From Cyanobacteriota bacterium (GTDB taxonomy: Bacteria; Cyanobacteriota; Cyanobacteriia; PCC-6307; Cyanobiaceae): a DNA stretch of 64,000 nt. Position 1 is the first letter of the stretch. Each line of letters begins with the position of its first letter. The stretch spans positions 608,001 through 672,000 of the forward strand of contig JBJOMY010000001.1 of assembly GCA_046052125.1 (NCBI GenBank), given 5' to 3'. Below are positions 32,958 to 43,867 of the stretch, in pieces. The notes beneath the pieces are model-generated. The model did no database searches and was not told the origin of the DNA. It saw nothing but the letters and a program-made list of their open reading frames with translations. Both the position numbers and the translations under genes were made by a program.

Positions 32958-35135
32958 TCAGCTGCCGGGGCGTCGCTGACCCAACGCCAGCACCTCCAGC
33001 GCCTGCCCCTGCTGCTCCTGCCGCAGCGCCTCCGGTGCCTCGATGCGCAATGCGCTGCCGTGCGAGAAGAGCCAGCGGCGCAGGGCCATGCCGCGGGCCA
33101 GGATCCAGGGCGGCAGGTCAATCTCCAGCGGATGGGGATGGCTGTCGCCGCTGGCATTGGGCGCCAGCACCTGGGACAGGGCCGGATGCACCCAGTCCGC
33201 TGCCCTGCCCTGAGCTCCTGAAGCGGGCTCGGCCTGCTGGGCTGGCCGTTCCACCCGGATCTGATCGAGGGGAACGGGGATCTGCCCCTGGCGGATGGCG
33301 GCGTAGGCCTCGCTCTTGCAGGAGCAGCGCAGGGTCTGCAGCTGGCGGCGCCGCTGCTCGGCGCTGGGTTGGCAGAGACCGTCCTGGGCCTGGAGGTCAT
33401 CACCCAGCTCAATCCCGCCGCAGTGATGCAGCAGGCGCTGCAGGCGGCTGATCGCCTGCTGGTGCTCGCTGGCGTTGCGGCGGCCGCGGGCCTCGGCCTG
33501 CAGGAACACCAGCCGCTCCAGCCGCTCACTCTGCAGCAGCCCATGGGGCCGGCCGATGGCGTCGGCCTCCCAGGCCAGGTGCCACAGCCCACCGGAGAAG
33601 ACCAGCTGCAGCGGCCAGATCCGCACCTCTTCTCCCCTGCCCTGCTCATGGGATGGCCCCAGGCGCAGCAGGCGCACGCGCCGGTGCTCCAGGATCGCCG
33701 TCTCGATCAGCTCGGCCTGGCCCGGTTCCGCCAGCGTGCTCCGGTTCAGGCTCTCTGCACCGGGATGGGCGCCATCAAGAACGATGCGCAACGGCGGCGC
33801 GGCCGTCACCTCGATGCCGCCCCAGGCCAGGCGCTCCTCCAGCTCACGCAGCAGATCCAGCGCCGTGGGATCCCCCAGCCGCTGGGCCACGTGCTGCACC
33901 ACCCCATGGATCTCCACCAGCCGCGGCGCCGACAGCAGGGCCGTGCCGAGGCAGTAGCCATGGCGCGGGTTGTCGTGGTGGGGCCGAAAGCCATAGGGCG
34001 TGAGCGTCTTCTCGATGTCCTTGCGCAGCGTTGCCAACTCGCCGGGGCCATGGCCGCCGGGGATCTCGGCGAGACGTTCCAGCAGGTGCCGCTGCATCGC
34101 CATCGCCCCCGGCCCCTCCGCCGGCCGGTCAAAGGGCGTCTGCAGCAGATGGCGCAGCAGGGTCATCACCCGCACGAACACCGCCGCATCAGCCATCGGT
34201 GGATAGCCGCCATGGACGCCACCGCTGCGGGGCGTCTGCTCGCCACCAGGCACCTCCAGTCGCGGCAGGGGCTGAATGGCTGTGGAAACGGAGGTGGCCC
34301 AGAAGAACCCCTGCCCCTCCAGCCAGGCCAGATCGCGGCGCACGGCGTCGGCATCGCCGTAGCAGACCCCATGGAGTGTGCGCAGCAGCGCTGCTGCACG
34401 CTCGGCCAGATCACCCCCGGGCAACGGTGAGACGAGCGTCTCCAGGGCCTCGCGGCTGCCCTGGTCGGTCGTCGCCAGATCGGGGTGATCGGCCAGCAGC
34501 TTGAGCAGATAGAGCAGCCGCTCAAGATCCAGCAGGCGGGAGTGGCCGTGCAGCTGCAGCTGCTGCTGGCGGTTGCAGGCGGCGCTGATGCGCCGGTTGA
34601 GGCGCGAGAGCTCACTGCGCAGGAAGGCGGTGAGGTCGCCCTGATGGGTGGGCTGAACGGCCACCACCGAGGCAAAGCCCTCCGCCCGCCCCGGCCCGAA
34701 GGCCTCATCCGCCAGGCTGGCGGCCATGCGCCGAATCACCGGCGTTGGCACGGGCCGCTCGCGCTTGGCGTTCCAGCGCAGGCAGGTGCTCAGCGGTGTG
34801 AACAGCCACCAGCCGATCCACTCCACCGGCCGCGGCAGGGCTAGGTGCTGGGTGATCGCCAGCCGCCAGGGCCGCTCGGCGTGGGTGGCATCCACGATCA
34901 CCGGCATGCCGGCCGCCACCGCACCGATCAGCCGCTCATGCAGCCGCTGTTGGATCGACGGCCAGGGGCCCTGCACCGCCGGATCCCCGAAGACTTCAGC
35001 GCGGATCGCATCGGTGGAGAGCACAACCGCCGGCTGCCCCTCAGGCCCTGCAATCAAAGGGGCGAGAGCCAGGGCGGTGGTGGTCTTGCCGCTGGCGGGC
35101 GGGCCGATCAGCAGGTGACAGCGCAGGGGCTCCAT
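32958..35135 (-). CDS. AAA_33 (P-loop kinase)-wHTH-wHTH-WYL/WCX domain protein
   Basis: GPPASGKT and IVDATH; two HTH-like motifs (AVRRDLAWL, TLRKDIEKTL); IWPLQLVFSGGLWHL...ERLERL; LRIEAPEALR. Confidence 0.85.
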   Translation of the reverse strand: MEPLRCHLLIGPPASGKTTTALALAPLIAGPEGQPAVVLSTDAIRAEVFGDPAVQGPWPSIQQRLHERLIGAVAAGMPVIVDATHAERPWRLAITQHLALPRPVEWIGWWLFTPLSTCLRWNAKRERPVPTPVIRRMAASLADEAFGPGRAEGFASVVAVQPTHQGDLTAFLRSELSRLNRRISAACNRQQQLQLHGHSRLLDLERLLYLLKLLADHPDLATTDQGSREALETLVSPLPGGDLAERAAALLRTLHGVCYGDADAVRRDLAWLEGQGFFWATSVSTAIQPLPRLEVPGGEQTPRSGGVHGGYPPMADAAVFVRVMTLLRHLLQTPFDRPAEGPGAMAMQRHLLERLAEIPGGHGPGELATLRKDIEKTLTPYGFRPHHDNPRHGYCLGTALLSAPRLVEIHGVVQHVAQRLGDPTALDLLRELEERLAWGGIEVTAAPPLRIVLDGAHPGAESLNRSTLAEPGQAELIETAILEHRRVRLLRLGPSHEQGRGEEVRIWPLQLVFSGGLWHLAWEADAIGRPHGLLQSERLERLVFLQAEARGRRNASEHQQAISRLQRLLHHCGGIELGDDLQAQDGLCQPSAEQRRRQLQTLRCSCKSEAYAAIRQGQIPVPLDQIRVERPAQQAEPASGAQGRAADWVHPALSQVLAPNASGDSHPHPLEIDLPPWILARGMALRRWLFSHGSALRIEAPEALRQEQQGQALEVLALGQRRPGS

Positions 35136-35248
35136 TCCTGCAGGGTGAAGGCGCAGGCGGCCAGCGGCAACAGCCGCCAACCAACCAGAGGCGCCGGCCT
35201 AGTGAGGGCAGGGGATCTCGGCGGGCTGGGTTCTTCGCGGGGGGAAGG

Positions 35249-36283
35249 ATGGACGGGGGGCCGAAAGGGGCAAGGCTGTTTGCCCCGTTCTGCTGCCGCG
35301 CCGCTGTGCCCATCCAGCTCTCTGCTGCCGTTGTGCCGCCTACGCGGCGGCGGCGCAAGGCCTACAGGCCGCCCGAGATGTTGGTGAACCTGCACGTGTT
35401 GGACCTGATGGAGGTGAGCGGCAGCCAGATGCGTGCCGCCAGCGCCCTCTCGATGCACCAGACCACGGTGAGCCGCAGCTACTGGGACCTGGCCGAGCAG
35501 TTCCGCCTCCAGCCCGCGCGCGGCCCGCGCAAGGTGTGCCGCTGGGGCCTGAGCACCAGCGTGCGCTTCCTGCGGCTGGCAAGCCGTGCCCATCGCCTGG
35601 AGAATGGCCGGCTGCGGCTGGCCAGCGATGCACAGCACATTTCGCTGCTCGAAGGATTGCCCGGGGTGCTGCAGGTGCCGCCCTGCTTCCACCCCGCCGG
35701 CGACTGGGCAACGCTGGTGGCCCAGGGGGTGATCGATGGGGCCCTCGTCTCCTCCCTCTGCCACGACCACGAACTGGCGAGGGGTGAACTGCCGCAGTGG
35801 CCGGGGGTAAAGGTGCAAGCCCTGGGGACGTTGCCGCTGCAGCTGGTCACCGCTCAGCGCTGGGCCGAGGTGTGGGCAGAGCAGGTTGTGGTCCCTGCTG
35901 TCCAGGTGATGCCGCTGCTGCATGAGCAGCTGGAGCCCTGTTTCGGCGAGCTGGAGCGCGCCTCAAGGGCCTGGCAAGACCCGCAGGATTGGCTGGAGCA
36001 GCTCCACCAGCGGCCCGTCGCCGCGCTGGTCTGTCCGGCCATGGCCCCAAAGGACTGGTGGCGTGAGCAGGGTATGGCGCCCGTGGCCCATCAGCTGAAG
36101 CTGCAGGAGCAGTTGTGGTTGCTGCTTCCAGAGGATCTGGAGCCACCGAGGGCAGCCAGGGCGACGCTGCGGGCGATCCAGCGCCGGGCGTTCAGCGCTG
36201 TGGCACGGGGAGATGGAGCACGGCTGGAAGTCCTTGGGTCGGTGGGGAATGAGCCGGAAACTCAGGGCGAGGCGGCGGCATGA
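35249..36283 (+). CDS. LysR-like transcriptional regulator (start uncertain)
   Basis: LHVLDLMEVSGSQMRAASALSMHQTTVSR HTH followed by a substrate-binding-like region. Confidence 0.65.
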   Translation: MDGGPKGARLFAPFCCRAAVPIQLSAAVVPPTRRRRKAYRPPEMLVNLHVLDLMEVSGSQMRAASALSMHQTTVSRSYWDLAEQFRLQPARGPRKVCRWGLSTSVRFLRLASRAHRLENGRLRLASDAQHISLLEGLPGVLQVPPCFHPAGDWATLVAQGVIDGALVSSLCHDHELARGELPQWPGVKVQALGTLPLQLVTAQRWAEVWAEQVVVPAVQVMPLLHEQLEPCFGELERASRAWQDPQDWLEQLHQRPVAALVCPAMAPKDWWREQGMAPVAHQLKLQEQLWLLLPEDLEPPRAARATLRAIQRRAFSAVARGDGARLEVLGSVGNEPETQGEAAA

Positions 36284-36548
36284 GAGACCTGGCTATGGAC
36301 TGCCGAGTCCACATGAGCATGAAACGGCATGAGCCACTGGAAGAACCAGTGCCAAGGATCGGAGCTGAGGCCCAGGCGGCACGGAAACTGCATAGCCATC
36401 AGGCCACAACAATGCGCAGGCTGCATAGTTTTGGCAGTGCCGGGCGGGAGCGGGAGAAGCCAGGCTGCGCCTGGGCTCTGCTGGCGGCAAACTGGTGGAA
36501 GCGTCTACTACCCCCTATGCCAGCCCAGCTGCGACAGGTGGTGCCGCA

Positions 36549-39500
36549 ATGAGCCAGGTTCCGCCTGCTCCCACCCTCAGTAAGGGTTGCGTGGTCCACT
36601 GCCGCAGCCACCACCACCTGGTGGAGGACGTGCAGCCCCCAGAGGACGGTGGCGACACTGTGGTGCGCCTGGCCTGCCTGGACGACGACGCCAACGGGCA
36701 GATCACCGAGGTTTTCTGGGAGCGTGAGGTGGATGCCCGTGTGCTGGGGCAGAGCACCTGGGAGACGATCGGTCAGCGGGGGTTCGATGACCCGCGAGTG
36801 TTCTCCAGCTACCTGCACACGCTGCAATGGAACTGCGTGACGGCCACCGATCCGGGGCTGTTCCAGGCGCCGCTGCGGGCGGGCATCGATGTGAAGCCCT
36901 ACCAGCTGGAGCCGCTGCGCAAGGCCCTGCGGATGCCGCGGGTGGCTCTGTTCATCGCCGATGACGTGGGCCTGGGGAAGACGATCGAAGCAGGGTTGAT
37001 CACGCGTGAACTGCTCTTGCGCCAGAAGGCGCAGCGCGTGGTGGTGTTGGCACCTCCGTCGGTGGTGCTGCAGTGGCAGGGCGAGATGGAAAGCCGCTTC
37101 GGCTTGCCGTTCCAGGTGATGAACCGCGAGTACGTATCGCGGATGCGGCGTGAGCGGGGCTGGGGCATCAACCCCTGGGCCACCCACACCCGCTTCATCC
37201 TCAGCCAGGCGCTGGTTCGCAACGAGGACTACGCGGGGCCATTGCGCGATTGGCTGGGGGATGGCGAGAGGGCCCTGCTGATCCTCGATGAGGCCCACAA
37301 CGCGGCACCCGCCAGCGGCTCCAAGGTTGCCGTCGATTCCAAGCTCACCCGGGCCGTCCGCAGCCTGGCCCTTTGCTTCGAGCACAAGCTGTTCCTCTCA
37401 GCCACACCCCACAACGGCCACAGCAACAGCTTCTCCGCATTGCTGGAAATCCTTGACCCCACCCGCTTCTGTCGCGGGGTGCCTGTGCGCAACAAGGCCG
37501 ACCTCGAGCCGGTGCTGGTGAGGCGCCTCAAGGAAGACCTGCGCCGTATCGGCGAGGAGCTGCCCAAGCGCGAGGTGGTGCCTGTGGTGCTTGAGGGCCT
37601 GGATCCCTCCACCGCTGAGCTGGAGCTGGCCCGCCAGCTCAAGGACTACCGCAGCCTGCGGGAACAAAGGCTCAAGGGCGCAAGCAGCAAACAGCGAGCC
37701 GCCGAGCTGCTGGTGGTCACCAACCTGCAGAAGCGGCTGCTCAGCTCGATCGAGGCGTTCCACCGCACCCTGGGCGTGCATTGCGACACGCTGCGGCGGC
37801 GCGATGCTGGCGAGCGGCTGCGCACGGCCCGCGACCCCCAGCAGCTGAAACTGCTGCAACAGGGCATCGACGGCGACGACGATCGCGCCGAGGCCGATGA
37901 AGACAGCGTGGAGCGGGAAGCCGAGCAGGAGCATCGGCTGGCAGTGGCTACTACCGAACTGGGCGCAGGGCCCGAGGAGTGGACGCTGCTCAAGGACATG
38001 CAGCGCATCAGCGAGCGTTCGCGGTACGAGCCCGACGCCCGGATCCACTACCTACGCCGCTGGATTCAGCAGCACCTCTGCCCGGATCTCGGGCAGGAGG
38101 GGGCCCAGTGGAACAACGAGCGGCTGTTGATCTTCACCGAGTACGCCGACACCAAGCGCTGGCTGCAGGAGCAGATCGAATCGTTGATTGCCGGCAGCGA
38201 CCGGGAGCGGGAACGCATCGCCACCTTCCACGGCGGCATCGGCGATGAGAAACGGGAAGCCCTAAAGCGCAGCTTCAACAGCCCGCCCGATCAGGATCCC
38301 CTTCGCATCCTGATCGCCACCGATGCCGCCCGCGAGGGGGTGAACCTGCAGAACCACTGCCGTTACCTCTTCCACTTCGACGTGCCCTGGAATCCGGGGC
38401 GGATGGAGCAGCGCAACGGCCGCATCGACCGCACCCTGCAGCGCGCTCCGGAGGTGTTCTGCCATTACTTCGTGCTGGCCGACCGCGAAGAAGACCGGGT
38501 GCTCGACGTGTTGGTCAAGAAGACCGAGGAGATCCGCAAGACCTTGGGTTCCCTGCCGCCGGTGGTGGTGGGGCGGCTGAATGAGCTGTTGGCCAAGGGG
38601 ATCAATCCCACCGCCATTCAGGAAGTGATGGAGCAGATCCAGGGAGTGGATCAGGAGGAGGGCTACAAACGCCGCCAGGCCCTGATCAACCTGGAGCTGG
38701 AAGACAACAGCCGCGAGCGGGAAGACGAACTCCGCCAACAGGTAGCCCGGCTTGAGAAGGCTCTGCAGAAGTCAGAAGACTGGCTCCACTTCAGCAGCGA
38801 TCTCTTCCGCGATGCGCTCAACACCAGCCTGCGGGTCAGCGCCCAGGGGAGCGGAGCAACACCGCAGCTGAAACCCAGGGATCCCGCGGCCGCGGAGGCT
38901 GATCCCGAGCGAGCCGAATGGATCTTCCCAGCGGCCGATGAGCTTCCCGGCGGTGAACAGAGCTGGGGAGATGTGCTGGATGCGCTGCGGCGCCCGCGCC
39001 GCCCCGGCGAAAAGCTCTGGGAGTGGCGGCGCACCACGGCACCCCAGCCGGTGGTGTTCAAGGACCCCAAGGAGGTGAATGCCGATCGGGTGCACCTGCA
39101 TCTGGAACACCCCCTGGTGCAGCGGCTGCTCAACCGCTTCCTGGTGCGCGGGTTCCAGGGTGAAGAGCTCAGCCGGGCTGCGGTGATCGCCACCCATGAC
39201 GACACGGCCAAGCTGATCCTGTTGGCACGCATGTCGCTCTATGGCCACGGCGCTGCTCGCCTGCACGATGAAGTGCTGGAGCTCGTGGCCGAATGGGACC
39301 CGGCCGATCCAGCCCGGCGGCTGAGGGTGTTGAACGCCACCAAGACCGACATGGCCCTGGCCGACCTGGAAACCAGCCTGCGTGAACGTCTCCCATCGGT
39401 GGATGAAATCATCCAGCGCCAGCTGCGCGGCCAGTTACCGGCCGATGTGGCCCAACTCAAGGACCGGCTCGAATCCCTGGCAGCCGATCGGGCTGAGCGC

Positions 39501-39824
39501 GCCAAGGGTCAGCTGAGCAAGCGCGCCGACGACGAGGCCAACGCTTTTGTGAAGGTGCTGCAGGAGCAGCGGGAGCGGATCCTCAAGACCCGCACCAAGC
39601 ACGACAGCGAGTTCGAGCAGCTGGCCTTCGGCTTTGCCGACCAGGAGCTGCGCCAGCTACGCGACAACCGCTCCTACTGGGACAAACGGCTGGCGCGCAT
39701 CGAGCGGGATCTGGAACTGGAGCCGGCTGCCATCCGGCGCACCTTTGAGGTGGCCACGGCCCCTCGGATTGAGCCCGCCGGCGCGATTGTGCTCTGGCCG
39801 CTGCAGGCAGGAGGGCAGGCCTGA
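36549..39824 (+). CDS. drmD: DISARM SNF2-like helicase DrmD
   Basis: IADDVGLGKT, DEAH, SATPHNG, EGVNLQ, MEQRNGRIDR; first gene of the DISARM gene order. Confidence 0.92.
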   Translation: MSQVPPAPTLSKGCVVHCRSHHHLVEDVQPPEDGGDTVVRLACLDDDANGQITEVFWEREVDARVLGQSTWETIGQRGFDDPRVFSSYLHTLQWNCVTATDPGLFQAPLRAGIDVKPYQLEPLRKALRMPRVALFIADDVGLGKTIEAGLITRELLLRQKAQRVVVLAPPSVVLQWQGEMESRFGLPFQVMNREYVSRMRRERGWGINPWATHTRFILSQALVRNEDYAGPLRDWLGDGERALLILDEAHNAAPASGSKVAVDSKLTRAVRSLALCFEHKLFLSATPHNGHSNSFSALLEILDPTRFCRGVPVRNKADLEPVLVRRLKEDLRRIGEELPKREVVPVVLEGLDPSTAELELARQLKDYRSLREQRLKGASSKQRAAELLVVTNLQKRLLSSIEAFHRTLGVHCDTLRRRDAGERLRTARDPQQLKLLQQGIDGDDDRAEADEDSVEREAEQEHRLAVATTELGAGPEEWTLLKDMQRISERSRYEPDARIHYLRRWIQQHLCPDLGQEGAQWNNERLLIFTEYADTKRWLQEQIESLIAGSDRERERIATFHGGIGDEKREALKRSFNSPPDQDPLRILIATDAAREGVNLQNHCRYLFHFDVPWNPGRMEQRNGRIDRTLQRAPEVFCHYFVLADREEDRVLDVLVKKTEEIRKTLGSLPPVVVGRLNELLAKGINPTAIQEVMEQIQGVDQEEGYKRRQALINLELEDNSREREDELRQQVARLEKALQKSEDWLHFSSDLFRDALNTSLRVSAQGSGATPQLKPRDPAAAEADPERAEWIFPAADELPGGEQSWGDVLDALRRPRRPGEKLWEWRRTTAPQPVVFKDPKEVNADRVHLHLEHPLVQRLLNRFLVRGFQGEELSRAAVIATHDDTAKLILLARMSLYGHGAARLHDEVLELVAEWDPADPARRLRVLNATKTDMALADLETSLRERLPSVDEIIQRQLRGQLPADVAQLKDRLESLAADRAERAKGQLSKRADDEANAFVKVLQEQRERILKTRTKHDSEFEQLAFGFADQELRQLRDNRSYWDKRLARIERDLELEPAAIRRTFEVATAPRIEPAGAIVLWPLQAGGQA

Positions 39825-42800
39825 TGCCACCGCGCGCCCCTGGGGTTCACACCCACGAGGAATGGAAGGGCATGGCCCAACCGGTGGGCCTGGTGGTCGA
39901 GCCTGTGGTGCTCAACCGTCTGGGGATCTTCCCGGAGAGTGCCACCACTGTGCTGGCCGACTGGCAGCAACGGTTGGAGCAACTGCTGGAAGACCAGCCC
40001 GTTGGTGAGCAGTGGCTGAGCGTGGCCCCCAGCTTTGAGCTGTTCTGCCAGGAGGTGCTGGCCTGGCAGGACGGCGACCTACGCAAGCCCGAGGAGCTCC
40101 CGGCGCCGGTGGCCGTGCACCTCGACGACTACGACGAGGTGCTCCGCCCCGATTGGTTCGTCCCTGAACCCAGCCAGGGGGATGGAGCGCTCAAGGCCCA
40201 GCTGCTGGTGCAGGAGCTGCCCCTGGGTGCGCCCTTTGACGCTCTGCCAAAGGGCCTGGATGGCCGGCGGCAATGGGAGGCCACACCCCAACAGCGCTTG
40301 GAGCGGCTGCTCAAGGAAAGCGAGCACCCGATTGGCCTGCTCTGGAATGGGGTGGCTCTGCGGATGGTGTACGCCCCACGGGGCGAATCCAGCGGCCACC
40401 TCACCTTCCCGTTGGAGCCGATGACCACGGTCGACGGGCGACCGATGCTGGCGGCGCTGCAGATGCTGCTGGGGCCGGATCGCCTATTTGAAGGCGGGGC
40501 CAGCAACACGCGCCTGCGGCCGCTCATGGAGCAGAGCCGCAAAGAACAGAACGAGGTGAGCACCCGCCTGGCCGAGCAGGTGCTCGAAGCCTTATGGATC
40601 CTGCTGCGCGGTTTTGATGCCGCAGGACTGGAGGCCAACGACCCCAGCCACATCTATGGCGGGTTGATCACCGTGCTGCTGCGGCTGGTGTTCCTGCTCT
40701 ACGCCGAAGACGAAGAGCTGATGCCCACCGATTCGCTCTACGGCCAGCACTACAGCGTGGGCGGTCTGGCGCTGCGGCTGCGGCAAGACCGGGCCGATTA
40801 CCAAAACGCTATGGAAGGCCGGCGCGGTGCCTGGGCCACGCTGCTGAGCCTGTTCCGCCTCGTCTACGACGGCGGCGGCTCCACGGAGGCGTACCTACCA
40901 GCCAGGCACGGCGATCTGTTTGATCCGGATACTTACCCCTTCCTTGAAGGCCGCACGGCAGATACGTCGTACAGCGATGGGCCGTTGACCGCTGTGCCGG
41001 CCATCAGCGACGACGTGGTGGAACAGGTGCTCACAAAGCTGTTGCTACTCGACGGGCAGATCCTCAGTTATCGGGCCCTGGATGTGGAGCAGATCGGCTC
41101 GGTGTACGAGGGGATCATGGGCTTCATGGTGGAGAAGGCCACCGGTCCCAGTGTGGGGATCACCTACCGGCCACCGCGCCAGAAGATCACGATCACCGTG
41201 GTTGTGAATGCCGAGGAGCTTCTTGCCCAGGCGGAGGCCAAACGGGTGAACTGGCTCGACGAACGGGCGGGCGTCAAACTGAAACTGTCTGCCCCCATCG
41301 TTCGGGCCTTGAAAGAGGCCCGCAGCCACGAGGATCTGGCGGCAGCGCTGGGCAACCGCCTGTCATCCCACACTCCGCGGGTGTTGCCGGCTGGTTCCCT
41401 GGTCCTGCAGCCCACGGCGGAACGGCGACGCAGCGGTAGCCATTACACGCCGCGAGCTCTCACCGAGCCGATCGTGGCAGAAGCCCTTCGGCCCTGGCTG
41501 GAGCGCTGCAACGGCAAACCCACCGCCGAACAGGTGCTGGCACTCAAGTTGTGTGATCCGGCCATGGGGTCGGGTGCCTTCCTGGTAGCCCTCTGCCGCT
41601 ATCTGGCTCACTGGCTGGTGGCGGCCTGGGAAGACCCAGAGGGTCCAGGCTATCCGCCCGAGTTCAGGAAGGAATGGGACAAAGACCTCTATGCCCGCCG
41701 CCTAATCGCCCAGCGCTGCCTCTACGGGGTCGACAAGAACCCCTTTGCGGTGAATCTGGCCAAGCTCTCGCTTTGGCTGGTGACCTTGAGCAAAGACCTG
41801 CCGTTCACCTTTGTGGACCATGCTCTGAAGTGCGGCGATTCGCTGGTCGGCTACTCGGTGCAAGAAATCCAAGCGGCGATGAAGGAAGTACAGCTGGGCT
41901 TCTTAAATCAACAAAACGAAGTATTTACACAGATGAGCCTGGCCAGGCGCGAATGCTTTGCCGTCGATAGCTTCACCGACGACGGGTACGATCGAAAGAA
42001 GGAATTGCTACAGCAGCAGATCCAGGCCAGCGATGGCCTCCGACAGGCTGGCGATCTAATGGCTGCTGCGTTCTTTGATGCGCCAAAGACAAAAGACCGA
42101 GCCGATAAGCAACAGGTATATTTGGCACTCATGAGTGGTGCATTTAACGATGACGAACTGCAGGATTCGATTCAGGAGATCCGCAGGCGCCTAGCAGGCG
42201 GAGACAAGGGAGTCAAGCCGTTTCACTGGCAGCTTGAGTTTCCAGAAGTTTTCTGCCCCGAGCAAGGTGGATTCAATGTAATTATTGGCAATCCGCCGTT
42301 CGCTGGATCAGTTACACTCGCCAAATCTTCTCACGTCGCATACCCAGACTGGCTTAGATCGCGACACTTTGGCTCTGCAGGCAAATGCGACCTGGTCGCG
42401 TTTTTCTTTCGTTCTGCCTTTAGCCTGCTTTGCCGAACTGGTGCATTAGGCTTTATTACAACCAATACAGTCTCACAAGGAGACACGAGGAGGTCAGGCC
42501 TTTTTCATATTCTTCAAGAAGATGGATGGATCTACGCCGCCCGCAAGCGTGTGCCGTGGCCAGGCATTGCTGCAGTTGTGGTGAGCATTGTTCATATATC
42601 AAAAGCAATCAGGCCAATTCCAAAACTCAATGGAAGACAAGTAAATAGGATCAGCGCTTATCTTTTGCCTGGAAAGATTGATGGATCTCCACTTTATACA
42701 GGCGGCCTCGGCCAGGCCATAAAGGCAGGTCTTGGGAGCAAACCTAACGGCAAAGGCTTTATTTTTTCAGATAGAGGCTCTGGCTTCTTGCCCGTTAGTG

Positions 42801-43777
42801 AAGCACATTTAATTATTTCTAGACATCCAGAGTGCAGGAATGTAGTCAAGCCTTACATGGGCGGAAGTGAGCTAAACAAGAGCCCAAGCCTGACAAGCGA
42901 TAGGTGGATAATCGACTTCGGTGATTTATCAATGCAAGATGCCATGAAATATGAAGAACCATTTGCCTTGGCTGCCGAACGAGTCAAACCATTTGTTAAA
43001 AGAAAGAACTGGTGGCAGTTTGAGCATCGAGCAAAAGATATATTGCTTCAGATTAGGGAGCATGCGCTTTCCATGGTGTGTGTGGTCGCAGAGACAAGCG
43101 ACACGTTTGCGCCCGTGATCGTAGATTCGAGCAATTGCTTCTCAAATAAAGTGGTCATCTTTACAACTGACGATCACGCAGCCCTAGGCATCTTGCAATC
43201 TCGATTTCACGAATATTGGTGCCGAACAGTTTCTTGCACACTTAAAGATGACCTTACATATGTACCTTCCGTTTGCTACGATACTTTCCCTGTTCCGTTT
43301 ACATGGAACCAGGATGAGCACTTAAGACTTCTAGCCAGCAATTTTGATCAAAAAAGGCTTTCATGCCTTAGAAGCATGGGGATTGGCCTTACATCCTTAT
43401 ATAACAAAATTCACAATCCACGGTGCGGGGACAATCAAGTTGCCGAGCTGCGGATCGCCTTGGATGAGATTGATTATTACCTGGCCTCTTTGTATGGATT
43501 TGATGAGCTAGATCTAAAGATTGGGTTTTACGAGTTTTCCTCTGATGACATGTCAGAAGAGGAAGCAGATAGTGATGAGGATTCGTGTAGTGATTGGCGC
43601 TATGGCTGGTCCGAAAGCTCTATCGATGAAGCTATTTCTATGCTTATGAGCATCAACGAGAGAATTGGCGGGGCAGCTCACAAAGCAAGGGCAAACAGCT
43701 TGGGCGCAAATCTGCAGAAAAAGGAGTCGCGAACAAGCAGAAGTGCTTCAGTTTCTCAACTTTCATTTGATACGTAG
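39824..43777 (+). CDS. drmMI: DISARM class I N6-adenine methyltransferase DrmMI (Eco57I-like)
   Basis: GSHYTPR, CDPAMGSGAFL, YGVDKN, IIGNPPF; C-terminal TRD. Confidence 0.9.
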   Translation: MPPRAPGVHTHEEWKGMAQPVGLVVEPVVLNRLGIFPESATTVLADWQQRLEQLLEDQPVGEQWLSVAPSFELFCQEVLAWQDGDLRKPEELPAPVAVHLDDYDEVLRPDWFVPEPSQGDGALKAQLLVQELPLGAPFDALPKGLDGRRQWEATPQQRLERLLKESEHPIGLLWNGVALRMVYAPRGESSGHLTFPLEPMTTVDGRPMLAALQMLLGPDRLFEGGASNTRLRPLMEQSRKEQNEVSTRLAEQVLEALWILLRGFDAAGLEANDPSHIYGGLITVLLRLVFLLYAEDEELMPTDSLYGQHYSVGGLALRLRQDRADYQNAMEGRRGAWATLLSLFRLVYDGGGSTEAYLPARHGDLFDPDTYPFLEGRTADTSYSDGPLTAVPAISDDVVEQVLTKLLLLDGQILSYRALDVEQIGSVYEGIMGFMVEKATGPSVGITYRPPRQKITITVVVNAEELLAQAEAKRVNWLDERAGVKLKLSAPIVRALKEARSHEDLAAALGNRLSSHTPRVLPAGSLVLQPTAERRRSGSHYTPRALTEPIVAEALRPWLERCNGKPTAEQVLALKLCDPAMGSGAFLVALCRYLAHWLVAAWEDPEGPGYPPEFRKEWDKDLYARRLIAQRCLYGVDKNPFAVNLAKLSLWLVTLSKDLPFTFVDHALKCGDSLVGYSVQEIQAAMKEVQLGFLNQQNEVFTQMSLARRECFAVDSFTDDGYDRKKELLQQQIQASDGLRQAGDLMAAAFFDAPKTKDRADKQQVYLALMSGAFNDDELQDSIQEIRRRLAGGDKGVKPFHWQLEFPEVFCPEQGGFNVIIGNPPFAGSVTLAKSSHVAYPDWLRSRHFGSAGKCDLVAFFFRSAFSLLCRTGALGFITTNTVSQGDTRRSGLFHILQEDGWIYAARKRVPWPGIAAVVVSIVHISKAIRPIPKLNGRQVNRISAYLLPGKIDGSPLYTGGLGQAIKAGLGSKPNGKGFIFSDRGSGFLPVSEAHLIISRHPECRNVVKPYMGGSELNKSPSLTSDRWIIDFGDLSMQDAMKYEEPFALAAERVKPFVKRKNWWQFEHRAKDILLQIREHALSMVCVVAETSDTFAPVIVDSSNCFSNKVVIFTTDDHAALGILQSRFHEYWCRTVSCTLKDDLTYVPSVCYDTFPVPFTWNQDEHLRLLASNFDQKRLSCLRSMGIGLTSLYNKIHNPRCGDNQVAELRIALDEIDYYLASLYGFDELDLKIGFYEFSSDDMSEEEADSDEDSCSDWRYGWSESSIDEAISMLMSINERIGGAAHKARANSLGANLQKKESRTSRSASVSQLSFDT

Positions 43778-43867
43778 TCCTCGATGGTACACATCCATTG
43801 CGGGAGGGGCTTGGGCGATTACAATCGGATCAGTCAACCAGGGCAAGTACAGGGGCTCGCATGGAGC

